Shown in pieces: positions 24,119 through 35,115 of a stretch of 64,000 bases of DNA. The stretch comes from an uncultured Actinomycetota bacterium (GTDB lineage: Bacteria; Actinomycetota; Actinomycetes; JACCUZ01). The DNA is taken from the NCBI GenBank assembly GCA_963757295.1, contig CAVWQZ010000007.1, positions 14,303 through 78,302 on the forward strand, given 5' to 3'. The notes beneath the pieces were generated by a model. The model saw only the letters and a program-made list of their open reading frames with translations, had not been told where the DNA came from and made no database searches. A program made the translations under genes and the position numbers. Within the stretch, counting starts at the first letter, position 1; every line of letters begins with the position of its first letter.

Positions 24119-26187
24119 CTAGCCGCCGGTCCGCTCCAGCGGGGTGAGGTCGATCCGGCCGGGCCGACCGAGCAGGTAGCCCTGGCCGTACGAGCAGCCC
24201 AGGCGGGACAGCATCCGGCGCTGCTCCTCGTCCTCGATGCCCTCGGCGACCACGTCGATGTGCAGCGCGCGGCACAGCGACACCACCGCCTCCACGATCG
24301 CGGTGCTGGCGTCCGAGCTGCCCATCCGCCCGACGAAGGACCGGTCGATCTTCACGTAGCTGGCCGGCACGTCGACCAGGTGGGTCAGCGACGAGTAGCC
24401 GGTGCCGAAGTCGTCGATCGCCAGCCGCACGCCGAGGTGCACGATGGTGTCCAGCTCGGAGGTCGCGGTGGGCGTGACGCCCAGCAGTGCGGTCTCGGTG
24501 AGCTCGAGGGTGAGTCGGTCCGGCGCGAGCCCGCTGCGGCTCAGCGCCCGGGCCACCAGCCCGGGCAGCAGGCCGCGACCGACGTGGCGGGCCGAGATGT
24601 TCACGCTGACGTTGGGCGCGGCCGGCCGCTGCCCCAGCTGCACCGCGTCGTCGCAGGCCCGCAGCAGCACGTAGCGGTCGATCTCGAGCACCAGGTCGCT
24701 GGCCTCGGCGACCGGGAGGAAGGAGTCGGGGGCGAGGACGCCGCGCACCGGGTGGTCCCAGCGGACCAGCGCCTCGTACGCCGCGATGCTGCCGTCGCCG
24801 AGCCGGCGGACCGGCTGGTAGTCGAGGAACAGCGCCTCGGCGCGCATGGCCTCGCGCAGCTCGTGCTCCAGGCCGAGCCGGCGGGTGGCGCGCTCGATCA
24901 GCTCCGGCACGAACAGCGCGTGCCGGTCGCGGCCGCTCTCCTTGGCCCGGTAGAGCGCGGCGTCGGCGTTGCGCAGCAGCTCGGCGGCGGTGATGCCGGG
25001 CTCGGAGAGGGCGATGCCGACGCTCACCGTCATCGTCACGTCGAGCGCTCGCTGCATCGGCTTGGTGATCTCGTCGATCAGCCGCTGGGCGACCTGCTCG
25101 GCGTGGTCGCGGGAGGGCAGCGCCTCGCAGAGCACCACGAACTCGTCGCCGCCGAGGCGGGCCGCCGGGTCGCCGTCCCGGATGCAGGCGCAGCAGCCGC
25201 TCGGCGGTCTCGACCAGCACGGCGTCGCCGGCCTCGTGGCCGCGGCTGTCGTTGACCAGCTTGAAGTGGTCGAGGTCGCAGAACAGCAGGGCCATCGGCC
25301 GTTGCCGGTCAGCGCCCGGCCAGGCCTCGCGGGTCGGGCCAGCAGGGTGGCCCGGTTGGCCAGCCCGGTGAGCTCGTCGTGCGCGGTGGTGCACCAGCGC
25401 CTCGGTCGCGCCCGCTCGGCGGTCACGTCCTCGACCATCGAGATGAAGTACGCCGGTCGGTCGGCGGCGTCGCGGGCCAGCGCGACGGTGAGCTGAGCCC
25501 AGATCGGCTCCCGTGCGGGTCAGGTAGCGCTTGACCATCCGGTAGGTCTCCGCACCGCCGGCCAGCAGCATCTCGACGTGCGCGACGTCGAGGCCAGGTC
25601 CTCGGGTGCGTCAGGGCCTGGAAGGTGAGGCCGGTCAGCTCGCCGCGGCCGTAGCCGAGCAGCCGGCAGAACGCGTCGTTGGCCTCGAGCAGCACGCCGT
25701 CCAGCGCGACGATCGCCATCCCGATGGGCGCGTGCCGGTGGCCAGCCGGAAGCGCTGCTCGGCGGCGGCCAGCGCGGCCGCCGACTGTGCTCGGTGGTGA
25801 CGTCGGCGACTGCCACCAGCGCCCGGGCGAGCCGCTGACGGCGAGGCGTTGACCGCAGCCAGCGCCGGCCGCCGGGGTGCAGTCCGACGACGACGTCCCT
25901 GCACCGGCTGCCCGGTGGGCGAGCGCGACGGCCAGGGGTGCCGCGCGGTGGCAGCGGCCGGCCGTGCTCGTCCAGGACGGGTCAGCGAGCCGGCCGAGCG
26001 GGCCGACCAGCTCGCCGAAGACCTCGTTGCAGCCGAGCACCTCACCGGTCGCCGTCCAGCGCGGCGACGCCCTCGTGCAGGGCGGCCGCGACATGGCGAT
26101 AGCGCGAGACCGCCGAGCACACCGGCCCGGTCCGGTCCCGAGGCGTCTGGACAGCTCCCCCGTGAGCTCTTCGGGAACGATGCTCAC
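24119..26187 (-). CDS. PAS-PAS-GGDEF-EAL signalling protein, frameshifted in the PAS and early GGDEF regions
   Basis: [20 protein letters not shown] (GGDEF), YRAKESGRD, the EAL domain [33 protein letters not shown] and [11 protein letters not shown]. The upstream PAS piece is [41 protein letters not shown]. Confidence 0.9.
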
Positions 26188-26283
26188 GATGGACGGATCG
26201 GGTCGCGGCGACGGTGATCTTGACCCGCTTGACCATCCCTTGACCGAAGGACCCGGCGGGCCGCCCGGTCGGCCGCGCCAGCG

Positions 26284-26986
26284 TCAGACCCGGCGCAGCA
26301 CCGCGGTGACCCGGCCGAGGACGGTGGCCTCGTCGCCCGGGATCGGCTCGTACGCCGGGTTGTGCGGCATCAGCCAGACGTGGCCGTCGCGGCGCTTGAA
26401 GGTCTTGACGGTGGCCTCGCCGTCGATCATGGCGGCCACGATGTCGCCGTTCTCGGCCACCTGCTGCTGGCGCACGACCACCCAGTCGCCGTCGCAGATC
26501 GCGGCGTCGACCATCGAGTCGCCCTGCACCTGGAGCAGGAACAGCGTCCCCTCGCCGACCACCTGGCGGGGCAGCGGGAACACGTCCTCGACCGCCTGCT
26601 CGGCCAGGATCGGGCCACCGGCGGCGATCCGGCCGACGAGCGGGACGTAGGCGGCGGCCGGGCGGGCGTCGCCGCTGCCGGTCTCCAGGTCGTGCACGCT
26701 GCCGCCCCCGTCGTACGACGGCGCGGCGACCGGGCCGGCCGTCGGGGCTGCGGACCTCGATGGCCCGCGGCCGGTTCGGGTCGCGGCGCAGGAAGCCCTT
26801 GCGCTCCAGCGTGGCGAGCTGGTGGGACACGCTGGACGAGCTGGTCAGGCCGACGGCCTCGCCGATCTCGCGCATGCTCGGCGGGTAGCCCCTGCGCTCG
26901 ACCGCGGACCGGATCACCTCGAGCACCCGGCGCTGCCGCGGCGTCAGGCCGGACTCGTCCGGCGGGCCGTCCGGGATCTCGGCCAC
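26284..26986 (-). CDS. lexA: SOS repressor LexA, one or two frameshifts; the true start may lie further upstream (a long N-terminal extension is possible)
   Basis: [57 protein letters not shown], the cleavage region [16 protein letters not shown], and catalytic [12 protein letters not shown] with VKTFKR. Confidence 0.93.
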
Positions 26987-27184
26987 GCGTGCTGCCCGCC
27001 GGCCTTGCCGGCCTGCGTTGCGTCGCCCGTGTCCCGTCGCGCCACCGGTGCCTCCTGCTGCTGGGGCGCCCTGCGGCGCCGGTCGTCCGGCGGTGCGCCC
27101 GGCCGGCTGCGTCGACCTGGGTTGTGTCCGACCCCTGGAGGACGGTCTTCCCAGGACGAAAGGTAGCGATCTCAGGCGGGTCTT

Positions 27185-27200
27185 TCAAACACCTGTTCGA
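27185..27200. promoter_or_regulatory. LexA box-like site (distal)
   Basis: TCAAACacctGTTCGA has one mismatch in the left arm of TCGAAC-N4-GTTCGA. Confidence 0.5.
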
Positions 27201-27238
27201 ACTTTCGCTGGATTTCGTCGCCAGGATGGGGTACAACT

Positions 27239-27254
27239 TCGTACAGGTGTTCGA
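27239..27254. promoter_or_regulatory. LexA box-like site (middle)
   Basis: TCGTACaggtGTTCGA has one mismatch and directly abuts the next box. Confidence 0.55.
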
Positions 27255-27270
27255 TCGAACGGGTGTTCGA
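27255..27270. promoter_or_regulatory. LexA box, perfect arms
   Basis: TCGAACgggtGTTCGA lies 40 nt upstream of the LysM gene ATG, in the lexA-divergent intergenic region. Confidence 0.8.
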
Positions 27271-27309
27271 GCCAGCAGTCTGCACCAGTCAGAGCACCGG
27301 AGGCAAGCG

Positions 27310-27707
27310 ATGAGCACGATGACCGTCAGCGCAGGGTTGGTCCGTCGGCCGCGCGCGGCCCGCAGGCCGGTCGCGTCGGCGAGCCGGTCGCCCGGTCGCC
27401 CGGCGCGGCCCGCGGCGCGCCTCACCCGGCGCGGGCGGCTGCTGCGTGACGGCGCTGACGCTGCTGCTGCTCGTGGCCGCCGCCGTCGTGCTCACCGGCG
27501 GCATGCCGGCCACCGCCGGCACCGACCGGCCGCACGGCGGTCACCGCGCAGCGGGTCACCGTCGCGCCGGGGGAGACCCTGTGGCAGATCGCCGAGCGGG
27601 TCGCGCCCGGCACCGACCCGCGCGAGACCGTGGCGCGCATCCTCGACCTCAACGGCCTGCAGACCTCGCAGGTCCAGGTCGGCACCGCGCTGCTGCTGCC
27701 CTCCTGA
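27310..27707 (+). CDS. LysM-domain membrane protein, positional and architectural counterpart of the SOS-inducible ChiZ; frameshifted
   Basis: Divergent from lexA. TM segment LTLLLLVAAAVVLTGG. C-terminal LysM domain VTVAPGETLWQIAERVAPGTDPRETVARILDLNGLQTSQVQVGTALLLPS. Confidence 0.75.
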
Positions 27708-27733
27708 GCCGACGCGACCCGAGACCGGGTGGC

Positions 27734-28544
27734 TCAGTGGCAGCCGTGCTCGGCGGCGGCGCACGACGAGCCGAGCGCCAGGTCGGCGAGCGCGTCCCAG
27801 GTGCCGTCCGCGGCGGCCGAGCCGGAGGCGACGAGCACCAGCGCCGACGCCCTCCGACGCGAGGACCACGACCAGCTGCTCGGCCCCGTCGGCACCGGTG
27901 CCGGTGAGCAGCTCCGAGGCCTCGCCCAGCCGCGGGTCGCGGTCCCGGGTGAAGCCGCAGCCGACCAGCCGGTCGGTGGCCGTGGCCACCGCGCGCACGG
28001 CCGCGTCCGAGTCGGCGTAGGCCGACACCGACTGCACCAGGCGTCCGTCGGCCGACGTCGAGCAGCTGGGCCCGGGAGGCCGCCGACCCCGGCGTCCGCG
28101 GCGTGGCGCACCAGCCCTGCGGCGCGGCCGACGCCGTCCAGGTCGCCGCCGGCGACCGCGCCGACGGTCGGCGCGTCCAGCAGCGCGTTGGCGGGCACGG
28201 TCCGCGGGCCCGGCGGTCTCGGTGTCGCGTGGCCTCCGGCTCCGACGTGTCGTCGCCCGGGTCGCCGGGCGGCACGGTCGGCAGCGGCTGGCCGGACAGC
28301 GCGGGGTCGGGCGAGTCCGACGCGTCCGGGCCCTCGGCGCCGAACGGGCCCTCGCTCTGGGCCGGCTGCGAGTCGTCGCTCGCTGCTCGGCTCCGCGGCG
28401 GGCAGCCCGGTGGTCAGGCGTGAGGTGCCGCGTCGTCCGGGCCGTCTCGCCGGACGAGCAGCCGACGACCACCAGCGCGACGCCGAGCAGCGCCGCGACG
28501 GCCGGCAGGCGTGCGCCGGGCCAGCCCGGTCGTCGGCCGGTCAT
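27734..28544 (-). CDS. hypothetical lipoprotein, several frameshifts
   Basis: Lipobox in MTGRRPGWPGARLPAVAALLGVALVVVGCSSG, then an acidic, proline-rich linker. The C-terminal domain pieces are VQSVSAYADSDAAVRAVATATDRLVGCGFTRDRDPRLGEASELLTGTGADGAEQLVVVLASEG and AADGTWDALADLALGSSCAAAEHGCH. No family recognised. Confidence 0.5.
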
Positions 28545-30548
28545 CCGGCCGGCCCGATGCTGACCGTGACGGTGCCGAGGTTGTCGGCGAGGTCCAGGTC
28601 CGCGACCCCGAGGGTGAGCGGTCCGGTCTCCCGCGGCGTGTAGGTCAGGTAGTAGGTGTGCGTCGCGGCGTCGCAGCGCCCGCTGGCCGGCGCCCAGTCC
28701 GGCAGCGAGCCGTTGACCGTCACGTCACCCAGGTAGCGGCCGTCGACCAGCATCGTCGACCGGGTGGTCCGCCAGGTCGGGTCGGCGGTCGTCGACGAGC
28801 ACTCCGCGTCGGCCGTGACCCCGGCGGCGTACGTCCAGGTGCCGGTCGCGGTGATCCGCAGCGGCTGGCCGGCCAGGTAGTTCCGGGTCGTCGCGACGGC
28901 CGGCTTGCTGGTGTCGAGGGCCACCGTCTCGGTGCCGACCACCGGCCGCACCCGCACGACGCTCACGGTCAGCGCCCCGGAGTTGTCGCCGGGCACCGGG
29001 TCGTCGACCCGCAGGTTGACCGCGCGCGGTCGACCGCGGCCGCAGGGTCAGCCGGTAGGTGTGGGTGTCGGCGTCGCAGCCGTCACCGTCCGGGTCGTTG
29101 ACCGGGGTGAAGGTCACGTCGTCCCGGTCGAGCAGGACGTCGAGGTGGTCGGCGGTCGGGTCCTCGGCGAGCACCGAGCGGTCCCGTCGCCAGACCGGGT
29201 CGCTCGGGGTGACCGAGCACTCGGCGTCGGAGACGACACCGCCGCCCGCGTCGACGGTCCCCGAGACGGTGAGCAGGTAGCTGCCGCCCGCCTCGAGCGC
29301 GCCGGGGCTGGTGACGCCGGCTGCGGCGGTCGCCGGCAGCGGCCAGGTCATCTCGTCGCGCGGGGTGAGCGCGACGACCCTGATCCGCAGGGCGCCGGAG
29401 TTGTCGGCCAGCGTGGTCGGGTCCCACACCGCGAAGGTCACCCGGCCGGTGCGGGTCGGGACGTAGGTCCAGCGGTAGGTGTGGGTCCGGGTGTCGCACG
29501 AGTCGCCGGTGTCGACGTCCGGGTCGCCCTCAGGTCGACCCCGTCGACGTACAGGTCGAGGTGGTCCTCGCTCGGCTGCCACGGGTGCACCGAGCGGTCC
29601 CGGCGCCAGGTGCTGTCACCGGGGGCCCGCGAGCACTCGGCGTCGGCGACCTGGGTGGAGCGGCTGCCCCAGCGGTAGGTGCCGGACACCTCGATCAGGT
29701 AGGGCTGGCCGGCGGTGAGCGCGCCGGTGGTGAGCGCGCCCTCGCTGGCGCCGGGCAGGGTCACGGTCTCGTCGCCGAGGGCCGGCCCGGCGGGCAGCAC
29801 GGCCGCGGGCACCGGCTGCGGGCGCGGCGGGACGACCGTGCTCGGCGTGCGTGGGCGTGGGGGTCGGGCGTCGGGGTGGGCGTCGGGCAGCGTCGGGGTG
29901 GGCGCGGCGCCGATGTTGCCGACCTTGCCGGTCCAGAACGACGTCTTGGCCCGCGCGCCGGCCCAGGTGAACGAGATGTGCACGTGGTCGGTGTGCGGGT
30001 TGGCGCCGGTGTACTTCCGCCAGCCGCGCGGACGCGTTGTACGAGCCCCAGATCTTGCGGTTCCAGATCACGTACTGGATGCCGAGCCGGCGCGCCATCG
30101 CGTACTCGTTGCCGTACTTGTCCTTCTTCAGCAGCCAGGTCAGGAACCGGGCGGCCTTGGCCCGGCCGCCGGGGGTCTTGGCGCTGACGCCCCAGTCGAA
30201 GGCGCGGCCCTCCTTGTGCTCCGAGAGCCCGCCGACCGAGCAGCTGCGCACGATGCCGAGGCTGCGGGTGGTGGGGTAGGCCGCGAGCAGGCGGCTGGCG
30301 AAGTTCGCCACGCCGGGCTTCGCGCGGGGGGAGCAGGTGGTCTGCGGCTGGTAGCCGGCGAGCGGCTCGATCGCGCCGGGATAGGACGCGCGGGCCGTCT
30401 TGATCGCCTTGGCCTCGGCCGGGGCCGCCGTCGCGGTCAGGGTGGCGGTCAGGGCGACGAGGCGACGAGCAGCAGCAGCGACGGAGTGCGGCTGCCCGAC
30501 CGGTGGTGCGTCTCGGGCACGGCAAGGACTCCGATGGGTCTGGTTCAC
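28541..30548 (-). CDS. secreted zinc-peptidase-like protein (SxHxxGxAxD / HTDHVH motifs) with a Pro-rich linker and three tandem ~135-aa repeats; frameshifted
   Basis: Signal RRLVALTATLTATAAPAEA. LSEHKEGRAFDW and NPHTDHVHISF. Repeats at about 29370..29776, 28949..29369 and 28544..28948 each contain ADAECS, WRR.RS, CD..THTY and DN.G.L. The stop overlaps the start of the lipoprotein gene (ATGA at 28541..28544). Confidence 0.7.
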
Positions 30549-30781
30549 GGGGTGACCTCGGACCTATCGGCGCCTGCGTCGGCGGACTGGACCCTTGGGC
30601 GCGAAATAGGCACTGATCGGCGTCGGCCGGACCACCCGGTCGGCCCACCGGCAGCCGGCTCCGACACGCCCGCCCGGCGGCGCCGGTTCCGCCGGCTGTC
30701 CGGCCGCCGCGGGCCGCTGACCTGCGGCGATGTCCCGGCGCGCGGCCCGGGCGCGAGGTCGGCCGAACGATTTTCCGGATG

Positions 30782-30831
30782 CCCTTGCACATGTGGTGGT
30801 CGAGGGGCATTCTTACCCCTACATCTTGTGA
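30782..30831. promoter_or_regulatory. two candidate NrdR boxes upstream of nrdR (tentative)
   Basis: CCCTTGCACATGTGGTG (30782..) and CCCCTACATCTTGTGA (30816..30831). The second matches 11 of 16 positions of the acaCwAtATaTwGtgt consensus as I recall it. The spacing of about 34 nt is a little longer than the classical 31-32. Confidence 0.3.
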
Positions 30832-30892
30832 ATCACACCGGTGTAGTTATCCACAGGTCGGTCCCCAGGTTGTGCCCAGGAAAGGGCCGTTC

Positions 30893-30940
30893 GTGCACAG
30901 GTCGGTGCACAGCTCGGTCCACAGGACGCGCCACGAGAGG
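30893..30940. repeat. four tandem 12-nt units in the nrdR 5' leader
   Basis: GTGCACAGGTCG GTGCACAGCTCG GTCCACAGGACG CGCCACGAGAGG ends 11 nt before the nrdR ATG. An extra copy, CCACAGGTCGGT, lies at about 30851. Confidence 0.6.
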
Positions 30941-30951
30941 AGGCCACGCGC

Positions 30952-31451
30952 ATGCACTGCCCGTTCTGCCGGCACAGCGACAGCCGCGTGGTCGACAGCC
31001 GCGCGTCCGACGACGGCACCTCGATCCGCCGCCGGCGGCAGTGTCCCGAGTGCGGCCGCCGGTTCACGACCGTCGAGACGGCGTCGCCTGACGCGTGACC
31101 AAGCGCTCCGGCGCCAGCGAGCCGTTCAGCCGCGACAAGGTGCTCGTCGGCGTCCGCAAGGCCTGCCAGGGCCGCCCGGTCAGCGAGGACGACCTGGCGC
31201 TGCTCGCCCAGCGGGTCGAGGAGACGGTGCGGGCCAGCGGGGTCGCCGAGATCGAGGCCCACGAGGTCGGCATGGCGGTGCTGCCGCCGCTGCGCGAGCT
31301 CGACGAGGTGGCCTACCTGCGGTTCGCGTCGGTCTACCGGGCCTTCGACGACCTCGAGGCCTTCGAGTCCGAGATCGCGCTGCTCCGTGCCGAGCACGAG
31401 CTGCGCGGCGGGCACGCGGCACGCCGGCGACGCACGCAGAAGACACCCCTA
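30952..31451 (+). CDS. nrdR: transcriptional repressor NrdR, frameshift at about 31085; stop position approximate
   Basis: Zinc ribbon [42 protein letters not shown], then the ATP-cone [27 protein letters not shown]...[24 protein letters not shown]. Confidence 0.9.
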
Positions 31452-31535
31452 GAGGTACGCCGGGAAGGTCCGCCCATGCGGACTTTCTGTCGGTGCAGAC
31501 GTGTTGAATCAGTAGCAGTTTCGGGAGGAGCAGGA

Positions 31536-34416
31536 ATGACGGAGACGTCGCAGCGACAAGCCCCAGGTGGTCCGTCAGGGCGGTCGCGGCAAGGGCCTGA
31601 CGATCGAGCGCATCTACACCACGCCGGGTGTGCACCCCTACGACGAGGTCACCTGGGAGCGACGCGACGTCGTCCAGCAGAACTGGAAGACCGGCGAGAC
31701 CATCTTCGAGCAGCGCGGGGTCGAGTTCCCCGACTTCTGGTCGGTCAACGCCTCGACGATCGTCACCACCAAGTACTTCCGCGGCGCGGTCGACACCGAC
31801 GCCCGCGAGACCGGCCTGCGCCAGCTGATCGACCGCGTGGTGCTCACCTACCGCCGGGCCGGCGAGGAGCACGGCTACTTCGCGACGCCCGACGACGCCG
31901 AGGTCTTCGAGCACGAGCTCACCTGGGCGCTGCTGCACCAGGTGTTCTCGTTCAACTCCCCGGTGTGGTTCAACGTCGGCACCTCGTCGCCGCAGCAGGT
32001 CTCGGCCTGCTTCATCCTCGCCGTCGACGACACGATGGACTCGATCCTCAACTGGTACCGCGAGGAGGGCCTGATCTTCAAGGGCGGCTCCGGTGCCGGC
32101 CTCAACCTCTCCCGGATCCGCTCGTCGAAGGAGCTGCTGTCCTCCGGCGGCACGGCGTCCGGCCCGGTCTCGTTCATGCGCGGCGCCGACGCGTCCGCCG
32201 GCACCATCAAGTCCGGCGGCGCCACCCGGCGCGCGGCCAAGATGGTCGTGCTCGACGTCGACCACCCCGACATCGTGGAGTTCGTCGAGACCAAGGCGCG
32301 CGAGGAGGACAAGATCCGCGCGCTGCGCGACGCCGGCTTCGACATGGACCTCGGCGGCAAGGACATCACCTCGGTGCAGTACCAGAACGCCAACAACTCG
32401 GTGCGCGTCACCGACGAGTTCATGCGCGCGGTCGAGCACGGCACCGAGTTCGGCCTGCGGGCCCGCAGCACCGGCGAGGTCATCGAGACCGTCGACGCCC
32501 GCGAGCTGTGGCGCAAGATCGCCGTCGCGGCCTGGGAGTGCGCCGACCCCGGCATCCAGTACGACGACACCATCAACGACTGGCACACCAACCCCGAGAC
32601 CGGCCGGATCACCGCGTCCAACCCGTGCTCGGAGTACATGTCGCTGGACAACTCGTCCTGCAACCTGGCGTCGCTGAACCTGCTGAAGTTCCTCACGCGA
32701 CGACGACACGTTCGACGCGCAAGACGTTCGCGAAGGTCGTCGAGCTGGTCATCACCGCGATGGACATCTCGATCTGCTTCGCCGACTTCCCGACCGAGGC
32801 GATCGGCGACACCACCCGCAAGTACCGCCAGCTCGGCATCGGCTACGCCAACCTCGGCGCGCTGCTGATGGCGACCGGCAAGGGCTACGACTCGGACGGC
32901 GGCCGGGCGCTCGCCGCGTCGATCACCTCGCTGATGACCGGCACGTCGTACAAGCGGTCCGCCGAGCTGGCCGGCATCGTCGGCCCGTACGAGGGCTACG
33001 CGCGCAACGCCGACGCGCCACAAGCGGGTCATGCGCAAGCACGCCGCGGCCAACGACGCGATCCGCACCTTCGAGACGCTGGACAAGGACGTGCAGCGCG
33101 AGGCCAACAAGGCCTGGGACGCGACCATCAAGCTCGGTGAGAAGAACGGCTACCGCAACGCGCAGGCGTCGGTGCTCGCCCCCACCGGCACCATCGGCTT
33201 CATGATGGACTGCGACACCACCGGCATGGAGCCCGACTTCTCGCTGGTGAAGTTCAAGAAGCTGGTCGGCGGCGGCTCGATGCAGATCGTCAACCAGACG
33301 ATCCCGCGGGCGCTGCGCCGGATGAAGCTACTCCGAGGAGACCATCGAGGCGATCGTCGAGTACATCGCCGAGAAGGGCCACGTCATCGACGCCCCGGGT
33401 CTGCGCCAGGAGCACTACGAGGTCTTCGACTGCGCGATGGGCGAGCGCTCGATCGCGCCGATGGGCCACGTGCGGATGATGGCCGCGGTGCAGCCGTTCC
33501 TCTCCGGCGCCATCTCGAAGACGATCAACGTGCCGGAGACGGCGACCGTCGAGGAGATCGAGGACGTCCACTTCCAGGGCTGGAAGCTCGGCCTCAAGGC
33601 GCTGGCGGTCTACCGCGACAACTCCAAGGTCGGCCAGCCGCTGTCGGACGCCAAGGACAAGTCCAACGACGAGCCGGTGGTCGAGAAGGTCGTCGAGTAC
33701 CGCCCGATCCGCAAGCGGCTGCCCAAGCAGCGCCCGGCGCAGATGACCTCGTTCGCGGTCGGCGGTGCCGAGGGCTACATGACGGCGTCGTCCTACCCCG
33801 ACGACGGCCTCGGCGAGATCTTCCTGAAGATGTCGAAGCAGGGCTCGACGCTGGCCGGCGTCATGGACGCGTTCTCGATCGCGATCTCGATCGGCCTGCA
33901 GTACGGCGTGCCGCTGGAGACGTTCGTCTCGAAGTTCGTCAACATGCGCTTCGAGCCGGCCGGCCTCACCGACGACCCGGACGTCCGGATGGCGCAGTCG
34001 ATCATGGACTACGTCTTCCGCCGGCTGGCGCTGGACCACCTCGACTTCGACACCCGCTCGGCGTACGGCATCTACTCGGCCGAGGAGCGGTCCCGTCAGC
34101 TCGAGACCGGCTCGTACCAGGCGGAGGAGTCCGACGAGGAGGTCGAGGAGGAGCTCGAGACGATGGCGCAGTCCGCGCCGGTGACCGAGGCCCCGAAGGC
34201 CGAGGCGTCGACGACGAGCCGAAGGACGTTCCGGCGGAGACGCCGGCGGCGGCCAAGGAGGCGCCCGGTGGCGCCCACTCGTCGGCCGAGCTGCTCGAGG
34301 TCATCACCGGCAAGGTGTCCGACGCCCCGCTGTGCATGACCTGCGGGATCAAGATGCGCCCGGCCGGCTCCTGCTACGTCTGCGAGGGCTGCGGCAGCAC
34401 CAGCGGCTGCAGCTGA
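31536..34416 (+). CDS. nrdJ: class II (adenosylcobalamin-dependent) ribonucleotide reductase NrdJ, about six frameshifts
   Basis: [128 protein letters not shown] and SKTINVPE. The C-terminal tail is [27 protein letters not shown]. Confidence 0.95.
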
Positions 34417-34486
34417 TGTGTAGACGGTCAGGGAATGTCCCGGCTCGTTCGGTCAGCAATGTCCCTGACTCGGTCAGCAATGTCCG
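34410..34486. repeat. left copy of a ~77-nt direct repeat, beginning in the last nrdJ codons
   Basis: CAGCTGATGT...GGTCAGGGAATGTCCCGGCTCGTTCGGTCAGCAATGTCCCTGACTCGGTCAGCAATGTCCG. A 34-nt core (34453..34486) is identical to 36536..36569. Confidence 0.75.
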
Positions 34487-34640
34487 CGGAATCGGTCAGG
34501 AAAATGTCCGCGGCCAGCAGGGGACTCCACCAAGGATCAGCACGACCAGCAGCGCCTGCAGGCGTGTCTCCGTGTTCACCGGCTCACCGTCCAGCAAACA
34601 CGACTGGGCGCCCATGCTGGCCCCTTCGCAAGTCTGCGGA

Positions 34641-35041
34641 TCAGGCTGAGGCCAGGGCCTTGGCCTTCATCTGGTCGAACTCCTGCTGGGTGATCGTCCC
34701 GGCGTCGAGCAGTGCCTTGGCCGATGCGATCTGGTCGGCGGGGCTGGAAGCGGCGGAGCTCCCGGCGACCGACTGGATGTACTCGGCTCTGCTGGCGCTG
34801 CAGCTCCTGCTGGGACTCGATGGTCCGCTCGGCCATCCCGTGACCGCGCGCGATCAGGTAGACGAGCATGCCCAGGAATCGGCAGCACGATGATGAACAG
34901 CACCCAGATCGTCTTGGCGACCCCACCCAGGTCCCGGCTGCGGAACAGGTCGCCGAAGATCCACCAGAGGCACATGAACCATGCGAAGAAGATGAAGAAC
35001 TCGAACAGTGCGAGCAGAAACGACCCGTTGTCGTCGAACAT
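34641..35041 (-). CDS. small membrane protein with a PLD-nuclease-N-terminal-like TM region and a SHOCT-like C-terminus; two frameshifts
   Basis: MFDDNGSFLLALFEFFIFFAWFMCLWWIFGDLFRSRDLGGVAKTIWVLFIIVLP, FLGMLVYLIARGHGMAERT, and the tail IASAKALLDAGTITQQEFDQMKAKALA. Confidence 0.6.
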
Positions 35042-35115
35042 CTGACTCCCTCCAGAGTGGGGTGGTGCTGACGAGGCGGTCCAGGGTGTACCGACGGACG
35101 CCCTCAGGGTGTGTG

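Noticed and set aside
31095-33140. An ORF joining nrdR to nrdJ; likewise ORF 19090..20070, which joins the DinG-like helicase to the nuclease
   Set aside because: In both cases the downstream gene has its own RBS and start (GGGAGGAG-ATG at 31536; AAGGA-GTG at 19445) and stops exist in the alternative frames at the expected gene ends. These are read-through artifacts of frameshifts.
34426-34509. A CRISPR-like array of short repeats after nrdJ, and again at 36461..36595
   Set aside because: The units are only 14-16 nt with 6-11 nt between them, some are inverted, and there are no cas genes. This is far outside CRISPR repeat and spacer dimensions.
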